Shown piece by piece: positions 25,956 to 39,856 of a DNA stretch of 46,409 nt. This stretch comes from Octopus bimaculoides (taxonomy: Eukaryota). A model generated the notes under the pieces. That model saw nothing but the letters and a program-made list of their open reading frames with translations. It was not told the DNA's origin and did not search any database. The stretch covers positions 41,580,532 through 41,626,940 of the forward strand of contig NC_068984.1 in NCBI RefSeq assembly GCF_001194135.2, in the 5' to 3' direction. The position numbers were made by a program, and so were the translations under genes. How positions within the stretch are numbered: position 1 is the stretch's first letter; every line of letters starts with the position of its first letter.

Positions 25956-27820
25956 AAAATGCATTAGTAATAGAATAAAAACATTATGTTTGGGTCAATG
26001 ACTCAACAAAAACAACACCCCTCAAACAAACAATCATATATAAAAAATACTCCATGGTCCACAAACACATAAGAAAAGCATATAATATAAAAATGATACA
26101 TATATATAATGTGTACAATTTTAAAAAGCATATATTCTAATAAAAATACAAATATATCTAATTCGAGTTAAAAATATATATAAAAAACGTAAGATATATT
26201 TTTTATATATAATAGAATATAAAAGGTCTAAAAGTTAAAATAAGGTGACTAAAAATTCAAAATAGCAGTCCTATTAGACAAATAAATATGAATAATACGG
26301 ACACGAATTTCTGGGTATTGACCTGTCATCAGTGTGTGACAACCACTGGTTGGCAATGGGAAATTATTCTCAATGTAAATATATATTTTTTCCAGTGACG
26401 AAAAAATTTACTCATCTTAAAAAAATGCAAACAAGCAATAATAAATCTCTGAGCGAGATATAAACAGTAGATATATTATACAAGTATTATTTAAAAGATT
26501 AAATAATAGTGGATATCCAGAATCATTAAAGCATTGGAAAATGCCCTGTAGCATTTGTTCCAGTTCTTTATATTCTGAGTTCAAATTCTGTTGTGATCAG
26601 TTTTGCCTTTTATTTTTCTGGAGTTGATAATGTTCTAGTCAAGTAGTGGGCTCAGTGTAATTGATAAATACCTTCTCTCAAATTTTCTGGCCTTGTGCCA
26701 ATATTGGTGTTATGAGAAAGGCACCCATGCCAATAGCATGTGAAAAGCACCATTTGAACATTGGGCCTCACAGAAGCAATGTGGTCAATGCCAGTGTCAC
26801 ATAACAGATGCCTGTGCCAGTGGTGTTTAAAAGCACCCATTACACTCTTGGAGTGGTTGGCAGTAGGAGGGGCATCTAGCTATAGAAACCATGCCAAATC
26901 AGACTGGAGTCTGGTGCAGCCCCTCTGCTAACCAGCCCTGGTCAAACTGTCCAACTTATGCCAGCATGGACAACAGACATTAAATGATGATGATGGTGTG
27001 CTTTTGATATTTATTAAATCATTTCCTTTCTATAAAGGTAAAAGTGTATTTCATATGTTTTTGAGTTTTAAAATGACTTTTAGTTCTTGAAGTTAATTAT
27101 TTAATATTTTACTTCAGATGTCTGAGAGAAATATCCCAGGTGACCAATACTGTGGTCAATCTTTACAAGGAAAAACATTTACTTTTGACTCTGCAGTATT
27201 AATAGAAATGCATACTGACAATATCAGTTTGGCAAAAGGATTTAAGCTTAACTATTCACAAGGTAAGTAAAATAATGATTTTATTTGACTTCTTTTTTTT
27301 ACCTTTTTACTAAAGTGCAACTACAGAATGTATTTATTATTAACTGAATTCACTTTCTTATTTTTCCTGATTATATGCATTCTAAGTATCTGTTGCAAGT
27401 CTGCATGTTTTATAGAAGGAAGAATCATATTGCTTTGAAATAAAATGCTATTGATTACGAAAGATCTTGAAATAAAACAATATTGTAACTGTTTTTACTT
27501 GTAATTATAGGCTTTAGATTTAGATTTTGAAAAATCAAAATCTAGGCTTTAGGTTTTGGTTTTTCATTCTGTACTCAAAAATATATCAAAATGCTTTCAG
27601 TTTTTTATTGTTATACCTTAGATTTCTAATTTCAAAACGTGTTATTTTCAAAGAGAAGGAACTCCAGTCTGCCCCTGGTGTCACATAGGTTGTATGTTAT
27701 GCAGTGATACTGTACAACACTGTCTTGAGAAGCATAAGCTTAACCATGAGGGCATGATTAAGGCTGAGTTTGAGATTCAACTTGAGGTTGAAAGAAAGAA
27801 CATCAGATGTGAGTTTTGCA

Positions 27821-27866
<46 letters not shown>

Positions 27867-30065
27867 TGGGGTTTCACATGTGTACTGCAGTGAGTTATAA
27901 GTCCTGGGGTCGATTTCTTCAACTAAAACCTTTTAAGGTGGTGCTCCAGCATAGCTGCAATCAGATGATTGAAACAAGTAAAAGAATATGTACACTAATC
28001 TGGGCCTTCCCCTGCTCCTAATCTTCCCCCCCATCAAGCTCTCCCTTCTATTCATCTTTCTAACTGACATCCATTCTCAATATCATCACTTCCTACTACA
28101 TTTTCCACTTTTCACTCTTTCCTGTGCTTCTTAGTATCTCTCCTTCCATTCTGAGCTACATCTTAGGACTGCCATATCTTATCTTTAACACCCAATGCCT
28201 CACAACTTTGTTCGCCATTCACTATAGCCATCACTATATTCCTCTGACATCCATCTCTTTCTGTACCTCACTCTTTCTCATTCTCTCACCCAACATATCA
28301 TCTCTATTTTCTCATCTATCTACATGTTTATGATTCTGCTGTTCTCCCTACTTCCTGTACTGCCACTTATCACCTCCTTCCTGGGCTATTTCTTTTAACG
28401 TCTCCCCCATATTGATATTTACCATTGACCACACCTCAATCCTTGTACATCATTCACTACAATAACCTCTACCTTTATCACTAACTGCCAATGTTGAGGT
28501 AATTATTTTGTTGTTTCATTGAAAGAAATGTTAGTTGACTAATGTTGCTTTTCATTATATTTAATGGTATTTAATATTTCAAGGAGCTACTAGTCTTTGC
28601 TCAAGTTTCAAGTTATTGGCTGAAATAAATCAGAATCCCGGAGAAAGAAATAAAAACAAATTTCAGCTGATCTTTGAAGCTTTAAGTGTAGTTGTGAACT
28701 CAAAGAAAGTGAAAAGGTGTAATATAGGAATATATTTGAATAAATAAACATAAAATGCAATATATCAGACACAGGTTGTGTCATTAACCAGCTGGAGAAG
28801 GTGTTTTCTGAGGTTAAAAAATTGTAGTAACATCGTTCTGTATGGAACAGCCATGTTGAAATGGTAACAAGCATTACTTTTCAGTATTGTTACTACTTGC
28901 ATCTCATAATGAGATTTTAGAACTAGCTACTTTGATTGTTGCAAGATCAGTGGCTGATGTCTCTTATTTTCCTATATATTGTAAGCTAGGGTGAACGACT
29001 GCCATCTCTAGTAGACAGGAGTCCAGTACTGAGGAAAGGCAAATATCAGTATTGTTACTGCTTGCGTTTCTTATAAAGATTTAGAACTAGCTACTTTGCT
29101 TTTTGAAATATAAACGACATATGCAGAAATTTAATTTTTAAAGAAAAGACTAACCGTTACTAAAACATTTTCCATGTGCATTTTTGGAAGTTGCAGCAGT
29201 ATTTACCAATAGTATGTCTTATCCTTAATGTTTGCAGTTATTAAAGGGAGACAATAATTTCTTCTTAATATTTAGTAGGATTTGAAATTTTAATTTGAAA
29301 TTAAGGAATTATAAATAAAAAGATGCATTGAGTTCACAATGCAATTTTTTTGTTTACTTATTATGAAGATTGCTCTTTCAAGAGCATTTAGAGAATTTTC
29401 ATTATTGAGATTTTCAAGTTAGTATGAGAATCACATGCTCTTGAAAAACAACAGTATTTCAAAAGCCTTAGAGCACTTTCAGTAAATTGGGAGAGGTACA
29501 TTAAGCAAAGATGTTAGAATCAGGATTATTATTAACAAGATTTTAAACAAGTTTTATTTGCTAATATTGAAACTTATTTCATTCAGAGTGTGGTAACAGA
29601 TATGATGCAACTTCTGAAGGAGAGATTCAAAGCAGTGACATGCAAGACTCAAAAACATGTAGATGGTTACTTCAAGCTAATAAGACTAGTAAGTTTTTTT
29701 GTTTATGTGTATGTTTATTTATAGTGTATGTAATGACTAAAATAATTTGATGTCTTTTAATGAAATTTATTGTTTCTTTTCCAACTAGATGAACGTGTCA
29801 CATTGCATTTCACAAAATTTTCTGCTGACATCAATTGCAATAAAGAATATGTGAAGGTTCTGGATGGTATTGATCAGGCTGCTCCTGTGATTGGAACATA
29901 CTGTGGTCGACAATTGCCACCTACAATTACATCTCGGGGTTCAGCACTTTATGTAATAATCCAGAAAAATGAAAGCCTCATATTCCATGCAACGTTTTCA
30001 ACATCTACATCAAGTAAGTTCTTCGTTTATACACACACACAGGCATACACAGATACACACACAGA

Positions 30066-30119
<54 letters not shown>

Positions 30120-33100
30120 ATGGGTGCAGAAAAGTTTCTGGCTTTGGGTAAAAGAAAATACAGGAGGATCAGTTAATTATGATTTTATTCAATATATTCC
30201 CTTCTCAGATTAACACTTTTTGCAGTGGTCCTTCAGTTTTTCTAAGCCCTGTAAAAGAACTTGGAAGGTCAGACCTCCAGCCAGGCCTTTTGTGATACCC
30301 TTAAAGCTAGGAACTTTTCAACGCCCCCTCCTGTGTGTGTGTGTGTGTGTGTGTATGTGTGTGTAATATCATCGTCATCATCATCATCATCGTCGTCAAC
30401 ATTTAACATTTAAAGACAGCTACTATAAATGGAAAGTAGCTTACAAATGCCAAGATCAACTTCTACTCTGTAAAAATCCTACAAAATGCCACTAACAGAC
30501 TGGATTTATGAGCATGTATAGAGCAGCATACTCCATAGGTTAGAAACAGTAACTTTCATCAGAACAGCATGAAAAAATAGAATATTAACCTCAGTAACAA
30601 GAATAGCAAAGTGATCAGAACAACAGCAATAATATCAGTATCTGCTGCAACAGAAATGATAATAGCAGCAATAACTGTTGCAGCAACAACAGCAGCAGTA
30701 ATAATAATAGTTATAATAATAGCAGTAGTGATTTCTAGTAAAGTAAATTTATTTTACCCAGTATATAAGAAGTACTTACTTTATCAACCCCAATATGATG
30801 AAAGGCAAATTTATCTTTAGGAAGAGTTGAAACTAGGAGTGAAAGTAAGATTCATAAGTAGCTAACATGGTGCTTCATCATTGACACCAGTAATATTCAG
30901 TGCTACACTTTAGTTTATGTTTGAGCTAAGTTTCGAAGTATCAGCCAGTGGCATAACTTGAGTGCTGTAACAGAGCATAGTGGATATTATAAAGCAATTT
31001 TATAAGATAAACTGAATCATCATCATCATCATCATCGTTTAACGTCCGCTTTCCATGCTAGCATGGGTTGGACGATTTGACTGAGGACTGGTGAAACCGG
31101 ATGGCAACACCAGGCTCCAGTCTGATTTGGCAGAGTTTCTACAGCTGGATGCCCTTCCTAACGCCAACCACTCAGAGAGTGTAGTGGGTGCTTTTACGTG
31201 TCACCCGCACGAAAACGGCCACGCTCGAAATGGTGTCTTTTATGTGCCACCCGCACAAGCCAGTCCAGGGGCACTGGCAACGATCTCGCTCGAAAATCCT
31301 ACAGGAGCCAGTCAGGCGGTACTGGCAATGGCCACGCTCAAAATGGTGCATCTCATGTGCCACCCGCACAAGAACCAGTCCAGGGGCACTGGCAACGATC
31401 TTACTTGGCTTGCCGGGTCTTCTCACGCACAGCCCATTTCCAAAGGTCTCGGTCCGTAGTCATCGCCTCGGTGAGGCCCAATGTACGAAGGTCTTGCCTC
31501 ACCACCTCAGCCCAGGTCTTCCTGGGCCTACCTCTTCCACGGGTTCCCTCAACTGTTAGGGTGTGGCACTTTTAACCTCCCTTATTCACGCCAGATTATA
31601 AATCTTTCATTTTTCCTGTGTATTTCATTTATGTGTTCTTTGTATCAATTAGGTTGTGGTGGAAAATACCATGCTGGAACTGGATCTTTCAGTACACCAT
31701 TTTACCCAGAAAATTATCCTCTTGATACAATGTGTGTTTGGAAGCTTATAAATTCACCTGGTAATAAGGTACAGGTAGCATTCAGGTTAGTTGAATTTTC
31801 AGTTTCTTCAAATATTTATAGTAAATATTATACAATAATGATTGATTCCAATGCTGTTGTTGTTAACTTTGCCTTTCTTCCTTGTAGGGGTCATTAAAGT
31901 AGCAGTCAAGTTCTGGGTTTCATGGTACCACCTAACTCCCTCCCATCAAAATTGCTAGCCTTGTGCCCAAATTAGAAAGTATTATTATTATTATTATTAT
32001 TATTATGGCAGAGACTTGGCAGAATCCTTATCACATCAGAAAAAAATGCTTTGTAGCATTTCTTCAGGCTCTTTTCTTTCTGAGTTTGAATTCTACTAAA
32101 GTAGACTTTGCCTTTCATCCTTTTGGTGCTAAAATAAAGTACCAGTCAAATACGGGATTCAATGTAATTGAATAACTCCTCCCACCACAGTTACTAGCAT
32201 TGTACACAAATTTGAAACAGTTATTATTATTGTTATTATCACCTTCACCTTAGCGAGGGCGGAGGTCATGTTTGCTTGTTTGTTTGTTTCTTTGTTTGTC
32301 TGTGAACAAGATATCTCAAGAACTGCTAGATGGATTCAGATGAAACTTTCAGGAATGTTTGGCCTCATGACTGGTGCAAACTGATTAGATTTTGGGATCA
32401 ATCTGGTACTAGACAAGGATTCTGAATTATTTTTCGTTTTTTTTTACTTAATTTTTGAGAGCTGATGGCATTGACTAACTCCCTACCCCAAAATTGCTGG
32501 CCCTGTACCTCTTTAGAAACAATTATAATATTATTATGAGTCCTGATGTGAAACTGTGTTGAAACAGATATTGTTATATTTTGGGATGGTCATTTTTTTT
32601 TGCCAAATAAACACACACACTATATATTTATTCTTCACTCATTTATTACTGTTCTTATTTTAATCTTATGTCCATTGTCTGGAAATCTTTCATCACACAT
32701 CTGTGACTTCTTCAGGGACCCTTAATAACAAACATTCTCTGAGAATGGACTAAGCAGAGCAAGAGGACACATGTGGACACTGAAGATGTCACAGATGTCT
32801 GATGTAAGAATGAATATATAGCATGTGTGTTTATTTGGCAAAAATAAAAGACCATCCTGAAATATGACAATATATTATCATTATTATTATTATTTGGGTG
32901 GCAAGCTAGCAGAATTGTTAAAGCACTGCAAAAAATTATTTGAGTGAGTCTATGAGGTGGGTGCTGAAAAGTTCCTGGCTTTAAGGGTATTGTGAAAGGC
33001 CTAGTTGGAGGCCCAACCTTCTGAATCATTTTACAGGGCTTAGAAAAACTGAAGTACTTCTGGAACAGGTGTGTGAATCTGAGAGGGGAATATGTTGAAT

Positions 33101-36100
33101 AAAATCATAATTGACTGATGATCCCCCTGTATTTTCTTTTACCCAAAGTCAGGAACTTTTCAGCAGATCCTTGTACACCCTGCTGAGGTCAACTTTACTA
33201 CTGTTGCTTTTCGAGTCAATAAAATAAAGTACTAGTCAAGTACTGTGGTCAGTGGTATTGACTAAGCCCTTCTCCCTAAAAATTACTAGCCTTCTGTCGA
33301 AATCAGAAATCATTTTTATAGTTGCTTTTGTTATGAAGGTGGTGAATTGGCAGAATTGCTAGAATATTATACAAAATAATGTCTTTCAGTATTTGTCCTA
33401 GATCTTTACATTCTTCTCAGATACTACTCAGGTTAACTTTGCTTTTCATCCTTCCAGAGACGATAAAATTAAGTATTAAAGGATTATTATAACTGACTTT
33501 GTGTCGCTGTGAGAAATCATATTTATAATTATCATCATTGGGTATAAAGCTGGTCCTTATTAAGTCTGGTCCTTATTAAGTCTGGTCCTTATTAAGTCTG
33601 GTCCTTATTAAGTCTGGTCCTTATTCTATTGGTCTCTTTTGCTAAACTGTTAAGTTATGGAGATGTAAACAAATCATATGTATCCACACCTATGCTCATG
33701 AATGTTGGATAATGACTGAATGAGTACTTGTGTGAACACAAACAGCCAGAATGGGGTTCATCTGAAGGATCTCTAAAGTAATGTTACTTGACAGGGTGCA
33801 TAAATCAGAGATCAGGGAGTCTCTCCAGATCAGGCCACCACTCAGTATTAAGAGGTCACAACACTGGCACTGCATCCATATGATTAGAATAACATTAGAA
33901 AGAATTGCAAAGTGGATTCTTCTAGCAAAATCATCTGGCTGGAGACCTAAGGGTTGTCCATGAATGAGATGGTTGGATGATATTTATAGTCTCAATTGGT
34001 TATGCTTGAGAATTTGTCCAGAAAGTGTAATGATGGTTGCTTCCGAGAGCTTCCTTTGGAAGAGATGCCTGAAGAATACTCGCATAAACCAGGAACGGTT
34101 GCTGGAAAAGATGGATGAATGAATGATATTTTTTTACTTCTTACCACTACTATATTTGAGCAATTGTTATCAATAACTGAATTTATCTTTTACAGTGTTT
34201 TTAATCTTGAATATCATGAGTTTTGCAATAAAGACTACCTTGAATCAAGACATGAAAATGCAGGTGGAAATCTTATTGGTCGGTTTTGTGGAAGTACATT
34301 CCCTCGTAATATCTCAGCTCGTAATGGTTTATGGCTAAAATTTCGCTCAGATGATCAAGTAAAGGGCCAAGGATTTGTGGCACATTTTTCTCAAAGTGAG
34401 TATTTTTGCATTTAATTGGTACAATTATTATTGTTTTGAAATATTTATTTTGCTTCTCTATTTTTCTAGATATTCTTTGAATGAAATGTTTTTCCTTCAT
34501 GATTATACTCTGCTTTCTAATTCTATCAATTGTTAAACAATTTCATCCTCTCAATTACATTTTTTTTTTGTATGTTTCAAGTAACTGCTTAAATATTTTG
34601 CCATTCTGTAGCAGAGTTTTGATCCTCAGTTAAAGCCATTGTGCTAAGTTAAATGAATATTATGCCTTTTTGTTCATTATACTTAGCATTATTATTAAAT
34701 TGTAACCTTTTTATCATCCATGCTTTCTGAATCATCATATCCTTTTTATACAAATAGTGATTGATAACTTTAATACTCATCTGCCTTAAAAGCATTTTCT
34801 ACCTTGATTTAATTTTTGGATTCCCATCTATATATTTAGTGTATTTATTAATAATCATTAGACTCTATAGTTCTTTTGACTGGAAGATGGAGAAAATTTC
34901 TCACTGTAGGTAAGTAGGTATAAATGCACCAAGTCAGAATGCCTTTTAATCGGACTAATGGATGTATGCATTTCAGAGTGGTTATTTCCTCTTCAGCATC
35001 AGATACTAGAAAGATACTACGAACTAACAAGTAATAAATACCTCTTATTTTATTCCTTATTTTAATACTCATTTACCTTAAGAGCATTTTCTATCTTGAT
35101 TTAATTCTTGGATTTCCATCTGTATATTTAGTGTATTTGTTACTATCAGTAGGCTCTATAGTTCTTCTGATTGGAAGATATGGTGTCTTTATTTTGTACT
35201 TGGTGTTCTATAAGTTGAAGATTAGTTGTTGCTAGATATTAGACTTGGTATTGGTTTTTTTTATACTTCAGCAATGTCACAACTAGTCTGTCATCAGTTT
35301 TGCACTTCTAACCTTGGTCAAAACCCAAGTAGAAGTTGGAGAACTTAATCAGTAGATGTTGAAAATCTTCTGGCTAAGTCTACTAAGCTGTATGTAGGCA
35401 CCATAGTTAAGGGCAAAGATTAGAATATATAATATATAAAATAGAGATATTCCTGTATTCAGACAGCAATCATAACATCCTAGCTCTGGTTGCATGTGAT
35501 GACCAATGTTTAGTACCTGGTCATCTCAGGTCAGTTACTGCATACAAATAAGTCTACAATAATGATAGTGCTTAAACATTCCTTGAAAAGTTTTTTACGT
35601 GAGCTCTTATTCCTTCCTTTGCTTTATTTTCAAGTCATATATGTTTGTATTTTGGGCTATGGCCTTTAAAAAAGCAAAAATGACAGAAAGAAGTGTTCAT
35701 ACATTTATAGTTATAATCTCTCTCTCTCTGTCTGTCTGTCTGTCTCTCATTTTGCAAAGGGGCAAGTTTGGTAAACTGAAATACAACACCTTTGATAGCG
35801 TTTACTATCCAAGCAGTTCCAAAGCGTTCTTTAATCCAGTTCAGATAAATTTCTTATGTTCTGGTTTTTTATGCCAGTCATATTTTGAATTAGAATTATC
35901 AATCAACATACAGCATGTGCAGTGGAGCCTTGAGGAAGAGCCTTCAGTATTAACCCGAAGGCAGTCCCAGCAGCTGGACATATCCTGACACTCACTACAG
36001 AGGATACAAAGATGCTGGACATATATTAATATTGATATAAACAGTGAAAATAGTAAGAATATATGTAAGCAACATATTAGGTCTTAGGTCCTCCTGCACT

Positions 36101-37475
36101 GTGCGGTGCATTGGGCGGCAAGGCTTCTCTAATGTGATCAGTTAGCCATGGTGATTTCAGCTTCATCCCATGAAATTTCAATGACTTTAGTACATCAGTT
36201 TTGGATGTACTAAAACTGATGAGAATGCAAATACTATTGAAACTTCTCTTAAACATATTTTGATCAATATAACATATATTGTCAGGCTTTTGTTACATGT
36301 TAGCTATAGTTTGTAAATATGTCTCCCTCTATTATGTTGAAAATTGAATATAATAACATTATCATATAATGTATAGTATAATATCATTTAACAACACTGT
36401 GTTAAATGTATAGTATAATACCATTTAACATCAAAATTAGCAACAATATTTATTTTCAGAATTTGGTGGAGATTTAACTGGAAGTTCTGGCTCAATCATT
36501 ATTCCTGAATGGGATGCACCTTACGAGGTTACTGAGTGGACAATTACTGTGGCAAATAACTTGGTGGTGTTTCTGTCATTATTTCGAATGAAGTTCCTTA
36601 TCTTTGAAGATGACTGTGTGGGTTATTTAGAGGTAGAAATTATTTTTATTTTTTTCCAATGTTTAGTACCTTTTTCATAATTTAGTACCTTTCTCATAAT
36701 TTTTAAAATTGATTTCAAAAATGCCAATTACAGTAAGCCTCTGAAGCTAACAGATTTGGCTACCTTAAATATTTATTCTTGGCAAATAATCATGGAGAAA
36801 TTCACAACAGAATGAGTAAAAATAACTAAATTCTATCAACAAAATCAATGGTCAATTGTGCTAACCCAAAGAGCTTACATTCATCATTTTGGGGCCAAAC
36901 AACCACCTTCTCAACAAGCAATACTCAATTTATTCAGCAGTTTGAATCACAGGGGGCTGTGATTGATTTACCATGTGCAGGAAGGCCATGTTCCAGGATG
37001 TCTTAGGACAACATTCAGCATGTGCAGTGAAGCACTGATGAAGAGCCTTCAGTATTAACCTGAAGGCAGTCCCAGCAGTTGGACATATCCTGACACTCAC
37101 TACAGAGGATACAAAGGATGCTGAATTTATTCCTGCATAAAATGCAGGTAGCACAGGAATTAATGGTGCACCATGAAGACACACTTGTAATTTATAGTCA
37201 ACCTGACCCTTTTTTTATCTATTTCTTTATTTCTCTATTTTGATTATAATTGTATTTGTCTGTCACTATATCTATGGGTTCAGTTTTGTCTATGAATTGC
37301 TGAAAATAGGACTTTATAAAGGATTTATTTAAACAATCACCTGACAAGGTGCATTTTACACCTTGGATGGATAGTAGTGATTAAACATCTCACCAATGTA
37401 CTGTGAGTGTAAAAATGTGCTGAAACAATTGTAGGGATTTTAAATAAAAACATGTCATTCATTCTATTCTCTATC

Positions 37476-37522
<47 letters not shown>

Positions 37523-39807
37523 GCTATCATATATTCTTTCTTTTCTTTTATTCTTTTACTTGTTTCAGTCATTTGACTGTGGCAATGCTGGATCACCACC
37601 TTTAATTGAACAAATCAACCCTAGGACTTATTCTTTGTTAGCTTAGTACTTATTCTATCGGTCTCTTTTGCTGAACCGCTAAGTTACGGGTATATAAACC
37701 AGCATCGGTTGTCAAGCGATGTTGTGGGGACAAACACACACACACACACTCACACTTATATATGATGAGCTTCTTTCAGTTTCCGTCTACCAAATCCACT
37801 CACAAAACTTTGGTCGGCCCGAGGCTATGGTAAAAGACACTTGCCCAAGGTGTCACGCAGTGGGACTGAACCCGGTACCATGTGGTTGGTAAGCAAGCTA
37901 CTTACCACACAGCCACTCCTACGCCTTACATATATGGATATATTTTTTTCCAGTTGTCTCTATACATTATTTTGTACTTTAATTACTTTTATTGTGTTTA
38001 TCTTAGATTCATGATGGTGGTACTCGCCGTAGTCCACTATTGGGTAAGTATTGTAAAGATGAGGCTGTGAAAATAGCAAGTTCTTCAAACCAAGTCTATC
38101 TGAAGTATGTTCCATTTGCAAATCGCAGACAAGAGTTTTCACTTAATTGGACAGCAGTGAACAATATAACAGCTTCAGTTATGATTAATATGAATAGTAA
38201 GTTAATTTTGTTTTCTTATATGCATCTTGTGTTATATATGTTGTTGATATGATTCAAGTCCAAGTAAGCTTTGTAGAACAGGATATTTGATCAAAACATT
38301 CTAGTCATAATCATCCTGTCTTATTTTAAAGAAAAGTGTATACAGACTGCAATTTGGCATATGCTCTTCTGGATTCTTTTTAAGACAATAGCTTGTGATT
38401 TGAGGGGAATTTGGCTGCTATTTCTTGTCAATTGAATGACCATATAGAACCTCCTCTCTTTGGCTCAAATCCTATATATGACTTGTAATGGTTGGTACTA
38501 ACAATAACAGGGAAACCCATGTTTTTACCTTCTCATTTTGGGATGCCACTGTTGGGATACCATTGATAATGGTAACTCTCCTCAACCTGTGAAAGGCTTT
38601 AAGCTTTTGGAGGACATTTAAGTGATAAAGGACCCCTTTTGGTCATGAATGACCATGGGATTGCACCTAGAATGTTACCCTCTAAGGTACAAGTCTGGGC
38701 AAGGTTGTTTATGGAAGACTAGCAGTCATCCATGCATACTGGCCTCCCTGATCCACACCACTGATGTTATCCAAGGGAAGACAAAGGCTGATACAGCTTG
38801 GCATCAAGAATGCTACAACTCATTTCTACAGCTGAGTGAACAGGAGCAATGGAAAATAAAGTGTCTTGCTCAAGAACACAATGTTTAGTGGATACAAAAA
38901 AAAAACTAACAAGTCTTTTCAACTCATGCACATACTAATACATTTATATGTATTTTAATAGGGATTATTGCTACAAAAAATTTTCCTCCAATTTACTTAA
39001 AGTCTGTTAACCTATAAGAATAATAATATTTAGGTTCTGGTTAAGAGATAAATTAAAGTCTATGTGAAGTTTCAAGTATAAGATATTTATTTATCATTAA
39101 CGAAATAGTTGTCTCCCTTGCATACCACATCTGATCACTCTTACGCTCAATTTTTCTCTCAAAATGCGTACACTCTGTCATACATGCACATTGACATTGC
39201 ATATCCAGTGGAGCATACCAGATTCATTTCTTCCAAGCCTTCACATGTCCTCTGTAGTCACAGCCTATGTTTCACTGCTGTGTAGCACAGCTGTTTGCAC
39301 ACAGCCATTACACAGTCTGCCTTTGACTCTGAGAGAAAGGTCCATTGTTGTCAACAAAGGTAGAAGCTCTCTGAAATTTACCCAGCCTATTCTTATTCTG
39401 GCATCTATGCTCTTGGAGCATCTTCCTCTACTGCTGACTGGGTCACTTAGATAATGAAAGCTATCAGCTATTTCTAGGTATCACCCTACCTGACATTTGA
39501 TGGCATCCATTTTTGTATATTTCTAGTGTTTATTGTACCTGTACATCTACCACACGCAGAGATTCTTTTCCTTGTTAACCTTCCTCTCATAAATCTGTTC
39601 TTTTCTGGCCCCTTCTCTCATACTTTAACCCCTTCTTCTCCAAACACCAAGCCATCTCTTTCTCTTCCGTAGTCTCTTTGTTGGTACCACAAAAAGAAGC
39701 AGCCAAAACATACTGTAAAGTGGTTGGCATTTGGAAGAACATCCAGTTGTAGAATTCATAGAAACATTTGCCATTCACTTGCTTTGAGAAACTGAGAAAA
39801 CCTCTTC

Positions 39808-39856
<49 letters not shown>

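Noticed and set aside
30560-30735. CAG/CAA/TAA-rich ORF 30611-30820
   Set aside because: It is a cryptic trinucleotide simple repeat with no splice signals that fit the cubilin frame.
33550-33625. Regular direct repeats suggestive of a CRISPR array
   Set aside because: There are no spacers, the unit is 16 bp, it derives from a SINE, and the context is a eukaryotic intron.
36216-36250. CTGATGA...GAAAC as a hammerhead
   Set aside because: Helix II, helix I and helix III cannot be formed; this is a chance match.
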